NCBI GenBank assembly: GCA_965198115.1
Contig: OZ240241.1
Coordinates: forward strand, 5,600,001-5,664,000
Direction: 5' to 3'
Source of the DNA: Candidatus Latescibacterota bacterium
GTDB lineage: Bacteria; Latescibacterota; UBA2968
DNA length: 64,000 nucleotides
Part shown: positions 1 through 10,893 of the stretch, piece by piece
Layout: each line of letters opens with the position of its first letter
Position numbering within the stretch: the first letter of the stretch is position 1
The notes under the pieces: generated by a model
The model's input: the letters and a program-made list of their open reading frames with translations, nothing else
Database searches by the model: none
Told to the model about the DNA's origin: nothing
Position numbers and translations under genes: made by a program

Positions 1-718
1 ACGTGCGGAAGTTTCGCGCTCCGGCCGAGCTCTCGGCTTCAGTCAGTGCATCGCCGAGGACAACCGGAACGTCCAGATCCGCCCCATCGAACTTCATGTC
101 CGACCCGAGATTCCGAATCGCGATCCCGAGTGAAAGACCCTTCAGACCCGTGTAATACTGGAAGCCGAAGTCGAAAGCCATGCCCGTCGCGGATACGCGA
201 CGTACGCCTTCGTGAATGAACTTGCCCGTCGCTCCAAACGACACGCGATCCGTGAATTGCCGAGAGTAGGTAAACCCGATGACCGAGAAGTTGGGCGTTA
301 TGACTTCACCCGTCCCCTCGGGACTCGATTCAGTGGTCACGATAATGTCGCCGACCGACAAAATCTTGGCGCTGATCCCGATCGTCGAGGATTCACCGAT
401 CTTCGTCGTAACGCCGATATAACTCATCGACATATCAGCAATATAATCGAGGTAAGAGAACGTAAACTCGCGGGGCGTGTCACCCAGGGCAACGCCCGCG
501 GGATTCCAGTAAAGCGCTTCCGCACCCGACACGCTCGCCATAATGGCACCGCCCATGGCGGTCCCACGAGAGCCGACGGGTATCCGGAGTTCCTGTGCTG
601 CCGCCAGCCCGATACGCTCGGTGTTGGCCGCCTGAACGAGCGACGGCATCAACAAGGCGGCGAAGAGCAAAGCGCCCAGGAAGCGCCCGGCCCGTTTTGA
701 TCTGCATACGAATGCCAT
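1..718 (-). CDS. PorV/PorQ-family outer-membrane beta-barrel (runs off the window start)
   Basis: Manual translation from ATG 718 (GGAGG RBS at ~727-731): signal peptide, then GLAAAQELRIPVGSRGTAMGG...ALYWNPAG, the PorV/PorQ N-terminal signature. Absent from the ORF track because it is open at the window edge. Confidence 0.85.
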   Translation of the reverse strand, partial: MAFVCRSKRAGRFLGALLFAALLMPSLVQAANTERIGLAAAQELRIPVGSRGTAMGGAIMASVSGAEALYWNPAGVALGDTPREFTFSYLDYIADMSMSYIGVTTKIGESSTIGISAKILSVGDIIVTTESSPEGTGEVITPNFSVIGFTYSRQFTDRVSFGATGKFIHEGVRRVSATGMAFDFGFQYYTGLKGLSLGIAIRNLGSDMKFDGADLDVPVVLGDALTEAESSAGARNFRT

Positions 719-741
719 TTTGTCTTCCTCCATTCGCCGGC

Positions 742-3700
742 TTAGAAGGAGCCGAGCGTTTCGGCTTCCATGAATACGGCAAGCTTCAGGATCTTCGTGC
801 CGATGTCGCCAGCATCGATATGGGCGATGTAGATGCCGCTCGCAAGGAGCACACCCTGATCGGTTTTCAGGTCCCATTCCTCCGTCGGCAACCCGTTGTC
901 GTGCATGATCGTCCGCACCAGGTCGCCAGCCATCGTAAACAACCGGATCGTCGCCACGCCTGGCAGGTTCGTGAAGCGAACCTTCCGTGCCAGCGACGAA
1001 GACTCGAAAGCCGACCGTCCCAGATAGGGGTTCGGCACGGCCAGCACCTTGTTCAAGTCCACAATGGCCAGGTCCTGATCCCCGACGATGCCGGGCGTCG
1101 TGTCGAACGAGAAAACATCGCCCGGGACATTTACGTGGTTGGCAATCATGAGGAAACTGTCCCCGTCCTCCGGGAACCGTGCATCCTGACGGCGGTTGGC
1201 GAAGACCATCCACATAACAGGCATCACCGGGTCGTCCGGAATCAGCCCGTTCGTTGTCAGGACCTCGTGACTCGCCTCACCCGCATTCGGATCCGTGTAG
1301 GGCAGGTCGAGCACGAAGAGCCATTCACGTGCATCGAACGTGCTACCTACGTCCCCATTGTAGGGGGGGCCCCACGCCCCGTTCACCAGACCCGCTGCCC
1401 GGTTGTTCTCCAGAAACCCGACTTCGAGACGTCGGGGCGGGCTGGCTTCGACATCCCAGGCGGACACCATGATCGGGTTCCGTTCCTGGAAAATGTATAC
1501 GCCGGCCCCGTCAGTATTGATGATGTAGCTGCTCCAATCGTAGGGGACCCTGGACGTCGTCAGATCTGCCGGGGCGGGGGGGTCCGCTCCGGCCGAGCGC
1601 AGATAGCGATATCCGTAGGACACGTTCTCGTTGCTCAGATCCAGCGGCTTGTAGAGGTTCTCGCCGTCCGTCTGGTCAACGCTCGTGAATCTGAGCTCAA
1701 CCGTTCGAAGGTCGGCAGGTGTCGTCGACACCCAGTTCGAACTGAACCAGAACGAATTCGGATCACCCGTGATCGCGCCGTTGAAGCCTTCGGCCTCGAA
1801 TCCGTCGGCACTAGCCCAGGTGATCCACCGCGAGCCGGTCGGAATATCCCAGTCCTTCATACCTTTCGGCGGACCCAGCACCTTAACGAGCACACCGTCC
1901 GCAATCGGGTTGGCAGCGGCCTAGGCGTCCGTCGCAGCCTGCGGCAACCCCTCGAGGAGGGTCGCGCCGGTCGCGCTGTTGATCAGATCCCAAACGACCT
2001 CACCTGCGACATCCCGGAAAACAACCTCGTAGGAGTTACCCGTTACCCGCGAGGGATCGACCAGGGTAATACCCACGGAGCCATCGCTGTTACCCGATGT
2101 GTGAGCAGCCATTGTGTCGGCACGAACCGGGTCATACGTCGTTCCCGCGAGAGGCGGTAACGGCATGATGCCCAGGGCATCTTCGGTCTCCGTCGACAAC
2201 GCTACCTGACGCCCGTCCTTCAGGACGTTGATCGACGTCTCCAGCGTCGTCGGGTTCGCGGTCAGGTCGACGCCGTAGGCCGTCACCGCATAGTAGTAAA
2301 CGCGGTTCGGACGAGACGTCCACCCAGCAGAGCGTCATCGGTTAGCTCGACATAGTGCTGGACGCCGCCGTCGGTTCCGAATTGTGCCGGCCGCGAAATG
2401 ACGATCCCGGACGACTCATCGAACTGATCATCGAAGATCACTTTCTGACCGTTGTCGATGTCGTAGGTGGCGATTCGCATCCAGGGACCGGCCGGAGTCG
2501 ACCCTTGATACACGTTGTAACCCTCGAACGGGTAGGATCCCGAGCTATTCTCGGAATCCGTACCCCACGTGAGGATGACTTGACCGTTGCCCTGCCTATC
2601 ACCCAGAGAGGAAATTGCAACCTTCGGTGCGGCCGGGGGCTCCGGAGCCTGAAAGTCGTTGTCGAACGTCTGTTGCGCCGCCGAATCGAAAAACCGCAGC
2701 GCGGTGATACTCGACAGACGATCCTGACCCTGCGCGGCGATGATGGCGGCCACGACCTCCTGCGAATCGCCTGGTGCAAACGTGAAAGGCCCCGACGACA
2801 ACATGAACCGGCGGTCGGCCGGGTTGGTATCGACCCATCCCGACCCCGTCACCGGGTCTCCAGAGAGAACGAAGGCCGTCACAGCGCCCGTTGTCGGGTC
2901 CGTGTGGTCCGTCGTCTCGCCGTCGGGATCGATTCCCCTCATGTAGTTGTAGGTCTCGCTCGGCGTGTGCGGGTCGGTTCCGTTGATGTACTTGTTGAAC
3001 GACGTCATCGGGAGCTCTTCGCCGTCGTCACCGATCGGACCCTTGAAGAAATCATAGCCGACCGCAGGCGGCGTGTTGCCGTAAACCTGGTCGTTGTTCG
3101 TCGCATTGAAGCAGAATCCGAGACTCGTCTCCACATCGCACCCGACCAGGTCATTATCGAACTGACCCAGATCCGGATCGGACCACAGCGAAATGTAGGT
3201 GCTGTCGATCTGGTTCCCGCCCTTGTTGATCAGCAGGAACTTGATGAACACGATGTTCCCAAGTGGGCCGCTTCGGTTGAACGCGAACGTTGTCTGCTGG
3301 ACTTCGATCCCCAGCGGATCCGTCTGTCCCGCGTCGTTCGTGTGCTTCGTCGGGTTCGCGTCGTTGTAAACGGTCCAGATCGTCTGGTACCATCGGATCG
3401 CCGTTCGCATCGACCGGCGCGCCGTCCTGCGACGGCCAGTTCGCCCAGTCCGGGTTCTCCGGGCCATCGCCACGATTGATCTTGTAGACGCGATACTGCT
3501 CCGCATCCGGATCGGCCGGTGTGCCGTCGGCCAGCATCGGCCCCGGCTGGTACTCGTGGCTGTACTCGGCGACTACGATACGGGTCTCGCCGTTCACCTT
3601 ACCGCCCACCCACAGACCTGAGGCAAAGACCGCCGTCCGTCCCGACCCCTTCAGGAACTCGAAACCCGAATTACCCGTCGGGATATCCCAGGCGAACGAG

Positions 3701-3864
3701 CCCTGGTTCGTGACGAACATGGAGATGTTGTTCACATCGATCGAGATATTGTTCACGAGCTTGGCGGCACGCGGCCGGAAGCCGGGGTTTCGGCCTTCGG
3801 CTGGCCCCGCGTGGGCGAAAACCAGGGCCGCCATCATCGATATCAGTATTGCACCACGTTTCAT
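742..3864 (-). pseudogene. Large secreted protein with a T9SS type-A C-terminal sorting domain, disrupted into 4 pieces
   Basis: ORFs 3154..3864 (signal peptide), 2283..3506, 1921..2286 and 742..1893 join into one protein. Frameshifts at ~3390 and ~2310; in-frame TAG at 1921-1923. The C-terminus VPNPY...IRLFTMAGDLVRTI...WDLKT...LASGIYIAHI...KLAV is CTD-like. Confidence 0.8.
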
Positions 3865-3882
3865 CCTGTTATCCCTCGTTGG

Positions 3883-6776
3883 TTAGAAGCTGAGTGCAAA
3901 GCCGAGGCGAACCTGGCGTGGTGTTGAGAAGTTGCGAGGATTCTTTTCCTTCAACTCATAAAGATTCCTGCCCTGCTGACCGTGCGTCGCGATAAAGTCG
4001 GCACCATCGGGCGTCGACAGCCAACCGGTCGTGAGTGGGCTTCCCGTCGCCGAGTAGACCTGCGACTCGAACCCGCGGCTGTCCGAGTCCCGAGCAGCCA
4101 CGTTCGCTCGGTCGAGCAGGTTGATCGCCCAGATGTAGAAATCTACGCTGTAGCGGCCGATCACGAACGCCTTGTTGGCCTTGGCGTCGATCCTGAACTG
4201 CCACGGGCCGTTTGCAGAGTTCAGCGGCCCCGTCGGACGCTCCGTCACGTTCGCCAACGTGATCTGATTGAAGAACACCGTCGGCGTGTAGGGGAACCCG
4301 CTACCGGCACGAACAAGGACATTCAGGCCAGCGTTTGCGAGCGGGTAGCCGCCCATGAAGTGAGGGCCGTCATCTGCCGTGAATCGATAGTCGACCGACC
4401 CCGTGATCTTGTGACGCTGATCGTAATCGAGCGGCGCGGTCGACTTCGGAGGCTCGGTTACACCGGCCTGGAAGGTCCACGCGATGTTCCGCTGCGTTTG
4501 CGGGCCCGATCCGGTTCCCGAGGCGTAGCCCAGACTGTAGCCAAGCCGAAGCGTCATCCGGTCGGAGCGACGCATCTGCGCGGTCACGTCCACCCCCTTG
4601 ATCGTTCCGAAGTCTCGATTGCGGAACGAGGTGAAAGAAGACGGATTCGATGGAATCTGCGTGACCTCGACGAGGTTTTTCACCGACTTGTAATACGCCG
4701 TCACTCCCACGCTTGCTCGGTCGCCAACCTGCTGGTTGATCCCAACCTCATACGCCGTCGTCTCCTCGGGCTTCAGGTTGGGATTCCCGAAAGCGTAGTA
4801 GTAGCCACCCGTCGGAGCCTTGTGCTCCAGGTAGGCGAGTCCCACGTAGAGGTCCTCCAGGTTTGGCTGCTGGAAGAACTTGCCATAGTGCACGTGGAAC
4901 ATCGTCTTCGTCGTGACGGGAAAGCCCAATCCGACGCGGGGGCTCAGCTTGTGATGGATCTCGTTGCCGGCCAGATCGCCAGAATCGAGCGTGTCATCGC
5001 CACCCAGGGGCGTTCCCTCGTCGCGGAGCACGTCGGTCTTCGCGTTCAGGTAGTCGTAACGAAGACCCAGATTCACGACAAGGCCTTCGTACTCGATCTT
5101 GTCCTGGAGATAGACGGACCCCAGAATCGGCTTCTTCCGATCGTCACGACCCGAATTAAGGGGAACGAGTTCCCGGTTGGTATAATCGAAGATGTAGCCA
5201 TATCGATCGACATCCAGAAAGCCGCCGGGATGATCGGCGTCCCCGTAGCCACCCCGCCAGGTCTGCACGGGGAAGAGATGCCTGTAATACCGGAGATAGT
5301 GATACTGCAGGTCGAACCCGGCCTTGATCTGGTGGTTGGGGTCGACCTGGCTTGTGATGTCGAAGTCGATCGGCGTCACGTAGGTCGACCGGCTCTGCTC
5401 GTAGTCGTCCCGAACATAGCCTTCGTCACCTGTCACGAATCCATCGGCGTCCAACCCAAGCGGCGTGGACGCGTCGTCTCCCAGGCGGAACAGAACCGTA
5501 TCATCGAACAGCGGGTTCCCGCTTGGCCGGCCATAGGCGAACAGGTCGTCGAAATGTGTCCCGTCTCCCTGCTTTCTCAGGCTGCTGAATCCGTTGCCCT
5601 GGACCGTGAAGAACGTCCGCGGGTTCAGCGTCCACGTCAGCTTTCCGAACAACGAGATCGTTCGGTCCTCGGTCGTGGCGGAGTGGTCCAGATCGAAGCG
5701 GTAGCTGTGAATGTAGCTCTGCCAATCGTCGGACGTCATAATGCCACCGACCTTGAAGTCCGCCCGGTCGTTCAGCCGATAGGTCAACTTGGCCTGACCC
5801 GTCCATCCTTTGAGTTCGTGGTGGGGCAGGAGCCCGTCACGAAGGAGGTTGAACTCCTCACCAGACAGCATGTCGCGCTCGAAGTCGTGCGCCTCGACGC
5901 CCCAGCGGGGTCGTCTGTCGGTCTGGTCGCGACGCTCCGCGGACACGAAGAACGTCATCTGATCGGACCCCGGCAGCAGCGGGCCGCCCAGTGCACCATC
6001 GATGTTGGAGTGAAGACTGGGCTGGTGCGCCTTCCTATGGCTACAACTTCGTCTGTGATGTATTCGACGGAACCCGAGTAATCGCGGCCACCCTCTTTCG
6101 TCACCACGTTCACGATACCGGACATCACACGCCCATACTCGGCGTCGAAGCCGCCAACAGTCACAACGACCTGGTCGATCGCGTTGCTGTTCAGCGACGT
6201 GGTGGACCGACCAGACTGCAGGTCCTTCTGGGACACGCCGTCCACGTAGAAATCGACTTCGGCAAGTCGCCCACCACGGATATAGAGGTTGCCGTCGTGG
6301 TTCGTCACGCCTGCCTGCAGGCTCGCTACACCAGCGAATCCCCTGAGCGGCAGCGCTTCGATCTCTTCGGCTACGACAATACGGGTCGAAGACGTCTGAT
6401 CCTTCTGGACCAGGGGCGCCTCTGCCGTCACGACCATTGCCTCGACTTCCAGCGTCATCGTGGGGAGGACGAAGTCCTGCTTCGTCGTGAAGTCAGGCGT
6501 GATCCGAACATTCTGGACTACGACGTCCTGATGCCCGATGAACGTGGCCTTGAGCCTATACGTGCCACCCAACACGTTCAGAATGAAGTACTCGCCGTTC
6601 GAATCCGTGGTCGCACCGATCACGGCCGGGCCGTCGGTGATGACCACGTTGGCCCCGGGCAGCGTCTCTCCCGAATCGGAGGTCACTTTACCCGAGATCT
6701 TCCCGGTCGTCCCCGCATCGGCGAGCGACGGCAGGACGAACAGGAGTGCGAGAATCAAAGAAAACCTTCTCATCAT
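3883..6776 (-). pseudogene. TonB-dependent receptor with N-terminal carboxypeptidase-regulatory-like domain, frame broken at ~6008-6045
   Basis: N-terminal part GTTGKISGKV...LPGANV...YIRGGR..EV.FYVDG...GGFDAEYG..SGIVNVVTKEG (plug); C-terminal ORF 3883..5958 has barrel strands ending PRQVRLGFALSF. Likely start ATG 6776 with GAAAGGAA RBS. Confidence 0.85.
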
Positions 6777-7060
6777 CGCGTTCCTTTCGTTGTGGAATAC
6801 CGATTGGTACAACTCTTGCAATGAATTTCCGGCTGAAAGCAACAGCGGATCTTCAAATGGGTTCTCCTCTTTTGGTGTGGACGGTCACGATGTGACCGAG
6901 TAGAAACCTCGGACGTCCTCTTAGTTTGATCTCACCTGTTCACCAAAACGGGTGTGAAGGGCGGCCTGTCGGGGGGCCTGGAAACCTACCAACAGGTCGT
7001 CGTCTTTTTCGTTAGGCTTTTGGCTAACGTAGTATACATCACGGCGCGCCATTTTACGCA

Positions 7061-7213
7061 TGTAGGACTAGTCTCACTTTTCCGTAGTACTTTCCGGCCC
7101 GTGCTAACCCTGACGTGAGTAGAGAAAAGACCGGATAATCAACGAAATTCGCTCTCCTTTCTCTCAATTTACGTAGGAATAATACCTTCATTCTTGTAGG
7201 ACCAACCCTCACG
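7061..7213. promoter_or_regulatory. Cluster of YGTAGGA sites upstream of the TBDR operon; candidate response-regulator boxes
   Basis: TGTAGGA at 7061 and 7195, CGTAGG-N7-CCTTCA at 7172-7190; matches the perfect TGTAGG-N7-CCTACA at 9953-9971. Confidence 0.4.
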
Positions 7214-7220
7214 AAATCGG

Positions 7221-7850
7221 TTAAGCGACGATCTCGTTCCGAATCGCGTAGTGTGTGATCTCCACGTTGTTCTTCAGCTTCATCTTGTCCAGCACCCGTG
7301 AACGATAGGTGCTCACCGTCTTGACGCTCAGGGCGAGCTCGTCGGCCAGCTCGCTCACGGACTTCCCGGAAGCAATCCCGCAAAAGACCTGATACTCCCG
7401 ATCGGAAAGCGATTCGTGGGGCGGCCCATCGTGAATCTCGAGCTCGAACGCCAGCTTCTCCGCCAGCGATTCGCTGATGTATTTGCGCCCGTCCGCCACG
7501 TTCCGCACCGCCTTCACCAATTCCTCGGGCGAACTCTCCTTCATAAGATACCCAGACGCCCCGGCCTTGAGCGCCCGAATCGCATACTGCGATTCGGGAT
7601 AGATGGTAAGGATCAGAACGGGCAGGCGAGGGGCTTCCCGCTTGATCTGCTTCAGAACCTCCAGCCCCGTTGCGCGTGGCATCGAGATGTCCAACAGGAC
7701 GACATCGAACGGTTCATCTCGAATTTTCTCGATGACCTGATGCCCGTCGGCGGCCTCCCCGATCGGCAAAATGTCGCTCGTCTCGGCGAGGATCTGCTTA
7801 AGACCTTCTCGGACGATGACGTGATCGTCCGCAATCAAGACCCTGATCAT
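7221..7850 (-). CDS. NarL/FixJ (UvrY-like) response regulator, REC plus LuxR HTH
   Basis: MIRVLIADDH...LLDISMP...GASGYLMK and LSDREYQV...LSVKTVSTYRSRVLDK. Confidence 0.95.
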   Translation of the reverse strand: MIRVLIADDHVIVREGLKQILAETSDILPIGEAADGHQVIEKIRDEPFDVVLLDISMPRATGLEVLKQIKREAPRLPVLILTIYPESQYAIRALKAGASGYLMKESSPEELVKAVRNVADGRKYISESLAEKLAFELEIHDGPPHESLSDREYQVFCGIASGKSVSELADELALSVKTVSTYRSRVLDKMKLKNNVEITHYAIRNEIVA

Positions 7851-9888
7851 ACCCGGCTCCTCGGCGCCTCGAGAGGCACCGTCACTTCAATACGCGTCCC
7901 CTTACCGGAAAATCCGGTAATGTCGATCTGTCCCCCGATCGCACGAACACGCTCCTTCATCCCGACGATCCCGAAGGCACTGGGATCCTTCATCCGATCC
8001 TGTGAGATCCCGATTCCGTCGTCCTCCAGCGTCAGTTCCAGCCGGTCATCCGTGGCCTGCAGCGACACTTCGAGGGCCTTTGCCTCGGCGTGACGAAGGA
8101 CGTTGGTCACGGCTTCCTGGAACACGCGGAACACGGCCGTACCCGTCTCCGGATTGACGTCGATCTCCTCGGGCGAAAAAACGACGCGGCTCTGAATGCT
8201 CGAGCGGCTCCCGAGGTCGTCGAGCAGCCATTCCATCGCCGCCGACAGCCCGAGGTTGTCGAGCACGGCGGGTCTCAGCTCCGAGCAAATCCTGCGCACC
8301 GATAGGATCGTTTCATCCACGAGACCCGTCATACCGAGCAGACGGTCCTGAATCGCCCGATCGGGCTCGCCCAGACGGCGTCCCACGAGCGACAGATCCA
8401 GACGGAGAGCGGTCAGGTTCTGGCCCAGCTCGTCGTGAATCTCTCTGGCGATCCGTGTTCGATCGGTTTCGCGAACCGATTCGAGGTGGGTCGACAGATT
8501 TCGTAGCTGTTCTCGCGACGCCAGGAGCTGTGCCTCGACCTCCCGTCGCTCCTCGACTTCCTTCCTCAGCTCTCCGACGACGCCTTCGAGCTGGAGCGTC
8601 CTGCTGTGGACTCTCTCCTCGAGCTCGGCATTCAACCGCCTGATGCGGGCCTCGGCCTTTCGCTGCTCGGAAATGTCACGGATGATGCCCTCGACGCTGA
8701 CGACCGTGCCGTTCTCGTCGACCACCGGCACCTCCAGGACTTCGATCAGCCGTGTTTCGCCATCGGCGTGCAGGACCTCCACCTCGTGAACGGGTGGCGA
8801 GCCCCCCTCGAGCGCCTCTCGATCGAATCGATCCACGTCCAGGTTGGTCGGACTGTCCGCCAGGGTGGCCCTGAACGACCGCCCCTGCATGTCCTCCGGG
8901 TGGTAGCCGAGAACCTGCGTCACCGACGGGCTGGCGTAGGTCACGGTCCCGTCAGCGTCGTGCGTGTAGAAGAAGTATTCGTTCTCCAGGCCTTCGACCA
9001 GACGACGATACTTCTCCTCGCTCTGCCGGAGCGCTTCTTCGGTCCGCTTTCGAGCTGTGATGTCCACGAACACGGCCATCAGGACGCGCTGATCGCCCAG
9101 GTCGATGGCCGTCAGAAACGTCTCCGACACGTATTCGGAACCGTCGAACCTGCGGCTGGTCCATTCGAATTGATTGCTGCCCCGTTCGTAGGCTTCGGCC
9201 ATGTAGCGCTCGGCCAGCTCCCAGGACGGGGATCCGTCCGGCTGCGAGGGTGGCGACAGTTCTGCGGGGTGTTTGGACAGCAGATCCGCCTTGTCCCGAG
9301 CCCCGTAGACCCGAACAGCCTCCTGATTGCAATCGATGAACCGTCCATCCTCCTGTCGCTGGACCGTCACGCCGCACATCACGCCGTCATACAACGCGTA
9401 GAGCACGGCCTCCGTCGGCTTCATCTGATCGGGTGAAAGCGGACGGGGGTCGGCGCGACCGATCATCCGCATCAGTTTCTGTTCCGCGATCAGCCGGGCA
9501 TCGATCTGAGCCCGGGTGTGTCGCGCCCGCCGAACGACCGTCGGAAGACTCGACAACCCACCCGAGTCGGTCGTCACGACGTCCACGACACCCTCACGAA
9601 GCCACGCATCGAACGATCGGTCGTCTCCCGGGGCGACCAGCATCACCACCGGGAGCGCAGGCGAAAGGTGCCCCCCCTGCCTGATTTCTTCGAATATCTC
9701 CGGTGACGTAAACACCGCTTCGGGCGCAGAAAACAGCCCGGCCTGAGCTTCCTCGGGGTCGAAGCCTCGTGGACGTCGTGGCATCCCAAAGTCGGATCGC
9801 CAGTCAGTCCATCCCTGACCCTTTCACGAACATCCACCGTCGTGTGACAAACGAGCACGTGCCCCTCGCGAACCCTGATATGGTTCAT
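7847..9888 (-). CDS. Sensor histidine kinase (degenerate REC, 2x PAS/PAC, HisKA_3, HATPase); probable frameshift near 9760
   Basis: RIAREIHDELGQ H-box, QEAVTNVLRHA N-box, DDGIG and G-box; PAC motifs DITARK and DISEQRK. ORF 9643..9888 (with RBS) supplies the N-terminus in another frame. Overlaps the regulator by 4 nt. Confidence 0.85.
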
Positions 9889-9952
9889 TCTTCCGTTCCT
9901 TTGAAGATATTCCCGTCGGAATCGGCCGAAATAGGAGAAGTGTGAAATCTTG

Positions 9953-9971
9953 TGTAGGACTACACCCTACA
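9953..9971. promoter_or_regulatory. Palindrome TGTAGG-N7-CCTACA upstream of the kinase gene
   Basis: Perfect 6-bp inverted repeat ~65 bp upstream of ATG 9888. Confidence 0.45.
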
Positions 9972-10065
9972 TTCGCGTCAGCTCAGTCCGACGCCTTCTC
10001 TAAAGTACGCAAAAATGGGAAGGTCTGTTGCCAACGACCTCCCCGGTCAAACCGCGTCTTGATGC

Positions 10066-10893
10066 TCAATCCTCGTCGTTTTCCTGCGCCTCCATCGCGC
10101 CCGAGACCAGACGGTCCACGACGTCCGGGCTCAACAGGTTGAGCCAGGGCAACACACGGAGTTTCCACGGCACCACCAGCTCGCGTTTCCGTTGGGACAC
10201 GGCATCCAGAATCGCCCGGCTGCACGCTTCGAGCGAGATCGATTCTTTGCTGTGACCGCGTCGGCCCTCACCCACGGTCCCACCGTCCTTCGCGAAGGCG
10301 TTAGCCCGCAAGTGGGTACCACGCAACCAGTGTGGCATCACGGTCATCACGTGGACACCCGACCCCTTGAGCTCTTGCCGCAGCGTCGAGAGGAAGCCCA
10401 CCACGGCGTGCTTCGAGGCGACATAGCCGGAATGAAGCGGAACACCGATCTTACCCTGGATCGACGACACGGCCACGATGCTGCCCCTCGCCGTTTTCAC
10501 GTGGGGCAGCGCATAGTGGAGGGGGTAGACGACGCCGAGGTAGTTCGTCTCCATCAGCCGTGCGTAAATGGCAGGGTCCTCGACCTCGTCGAACCTCGCC
10601 CACATGCTGACCCCCGCATTGGCGATGAACAGGTCGATCCCCGACCCGTCGGCTGTCGCGACCTCGACCAGCCGCCGACAGTCGTCCAGCGACGTCACAT
10701 CGCCCACGACGACCTGCGCCTCCCCGCCCGCCTGCCTGCATCGCGCCGCCACGTCCTCCAGCTGAGCGCTCCGTCTGGCGAACAGGGTCGACTTCGCACC
10801 CTGTGCCGCCAGGGCGGCAGCCAGGGCGGCTCCCAACCCCGAAGAGGCGCCCGTGATGACGACACGCCGGGCCCTGGTCGGCTCAGTGGTCAC
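10066..10893 (-). CDS. SDR oxidoreductase, DHRS7/DHRS7B-like; candidate acyl/alkyl-DHAP reductase
   Basis: TGASSGLG, NAG, SSIQGK and YVASK motifs; GTGA overlap with the upstream AGPS stop codon. Confidence 0.85.
   Translation of the reverse strand: MTTEPTRARRVVITGASSGLGAALAAALAAQGAKSTLFARRSAQLEDVAARCRQAGGEAQVVVGDVTSLDDCRRLVEVATADGSGIDLFIANAGVSMWARFDEVEDPAIYARLMETNYLGVVYPLHYALPHVKTARGSIVAVSSIQGKIGVPLHSGYVASKHAVVGFLSTLRQELKGSGVHVMTVMPHWLRGTHLRANAFAKDGGTVGEGRRGHSKESISLEACSRAILDAVSQRKRELVVPWKLRVLPWLNLLSPDVVDRLVSGAMEAQENDED

Noticed and set aside
1921-1923. In-frame TAG as possible pyrrolysine or recoding
   Set aside because: The same gene has two frameshifts, no pyl genes are visible, and TAG is a normal stop elsewhere (rpmF, acpP); a nonsense lesion is simpler.
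595-6081. Long plus-strand ORFs (595..2160, 2355..3479, 3982..6081)
   Set aside because: Antisense shadows of the minus-strand genes, expected at high GC; no recognisable motifs.
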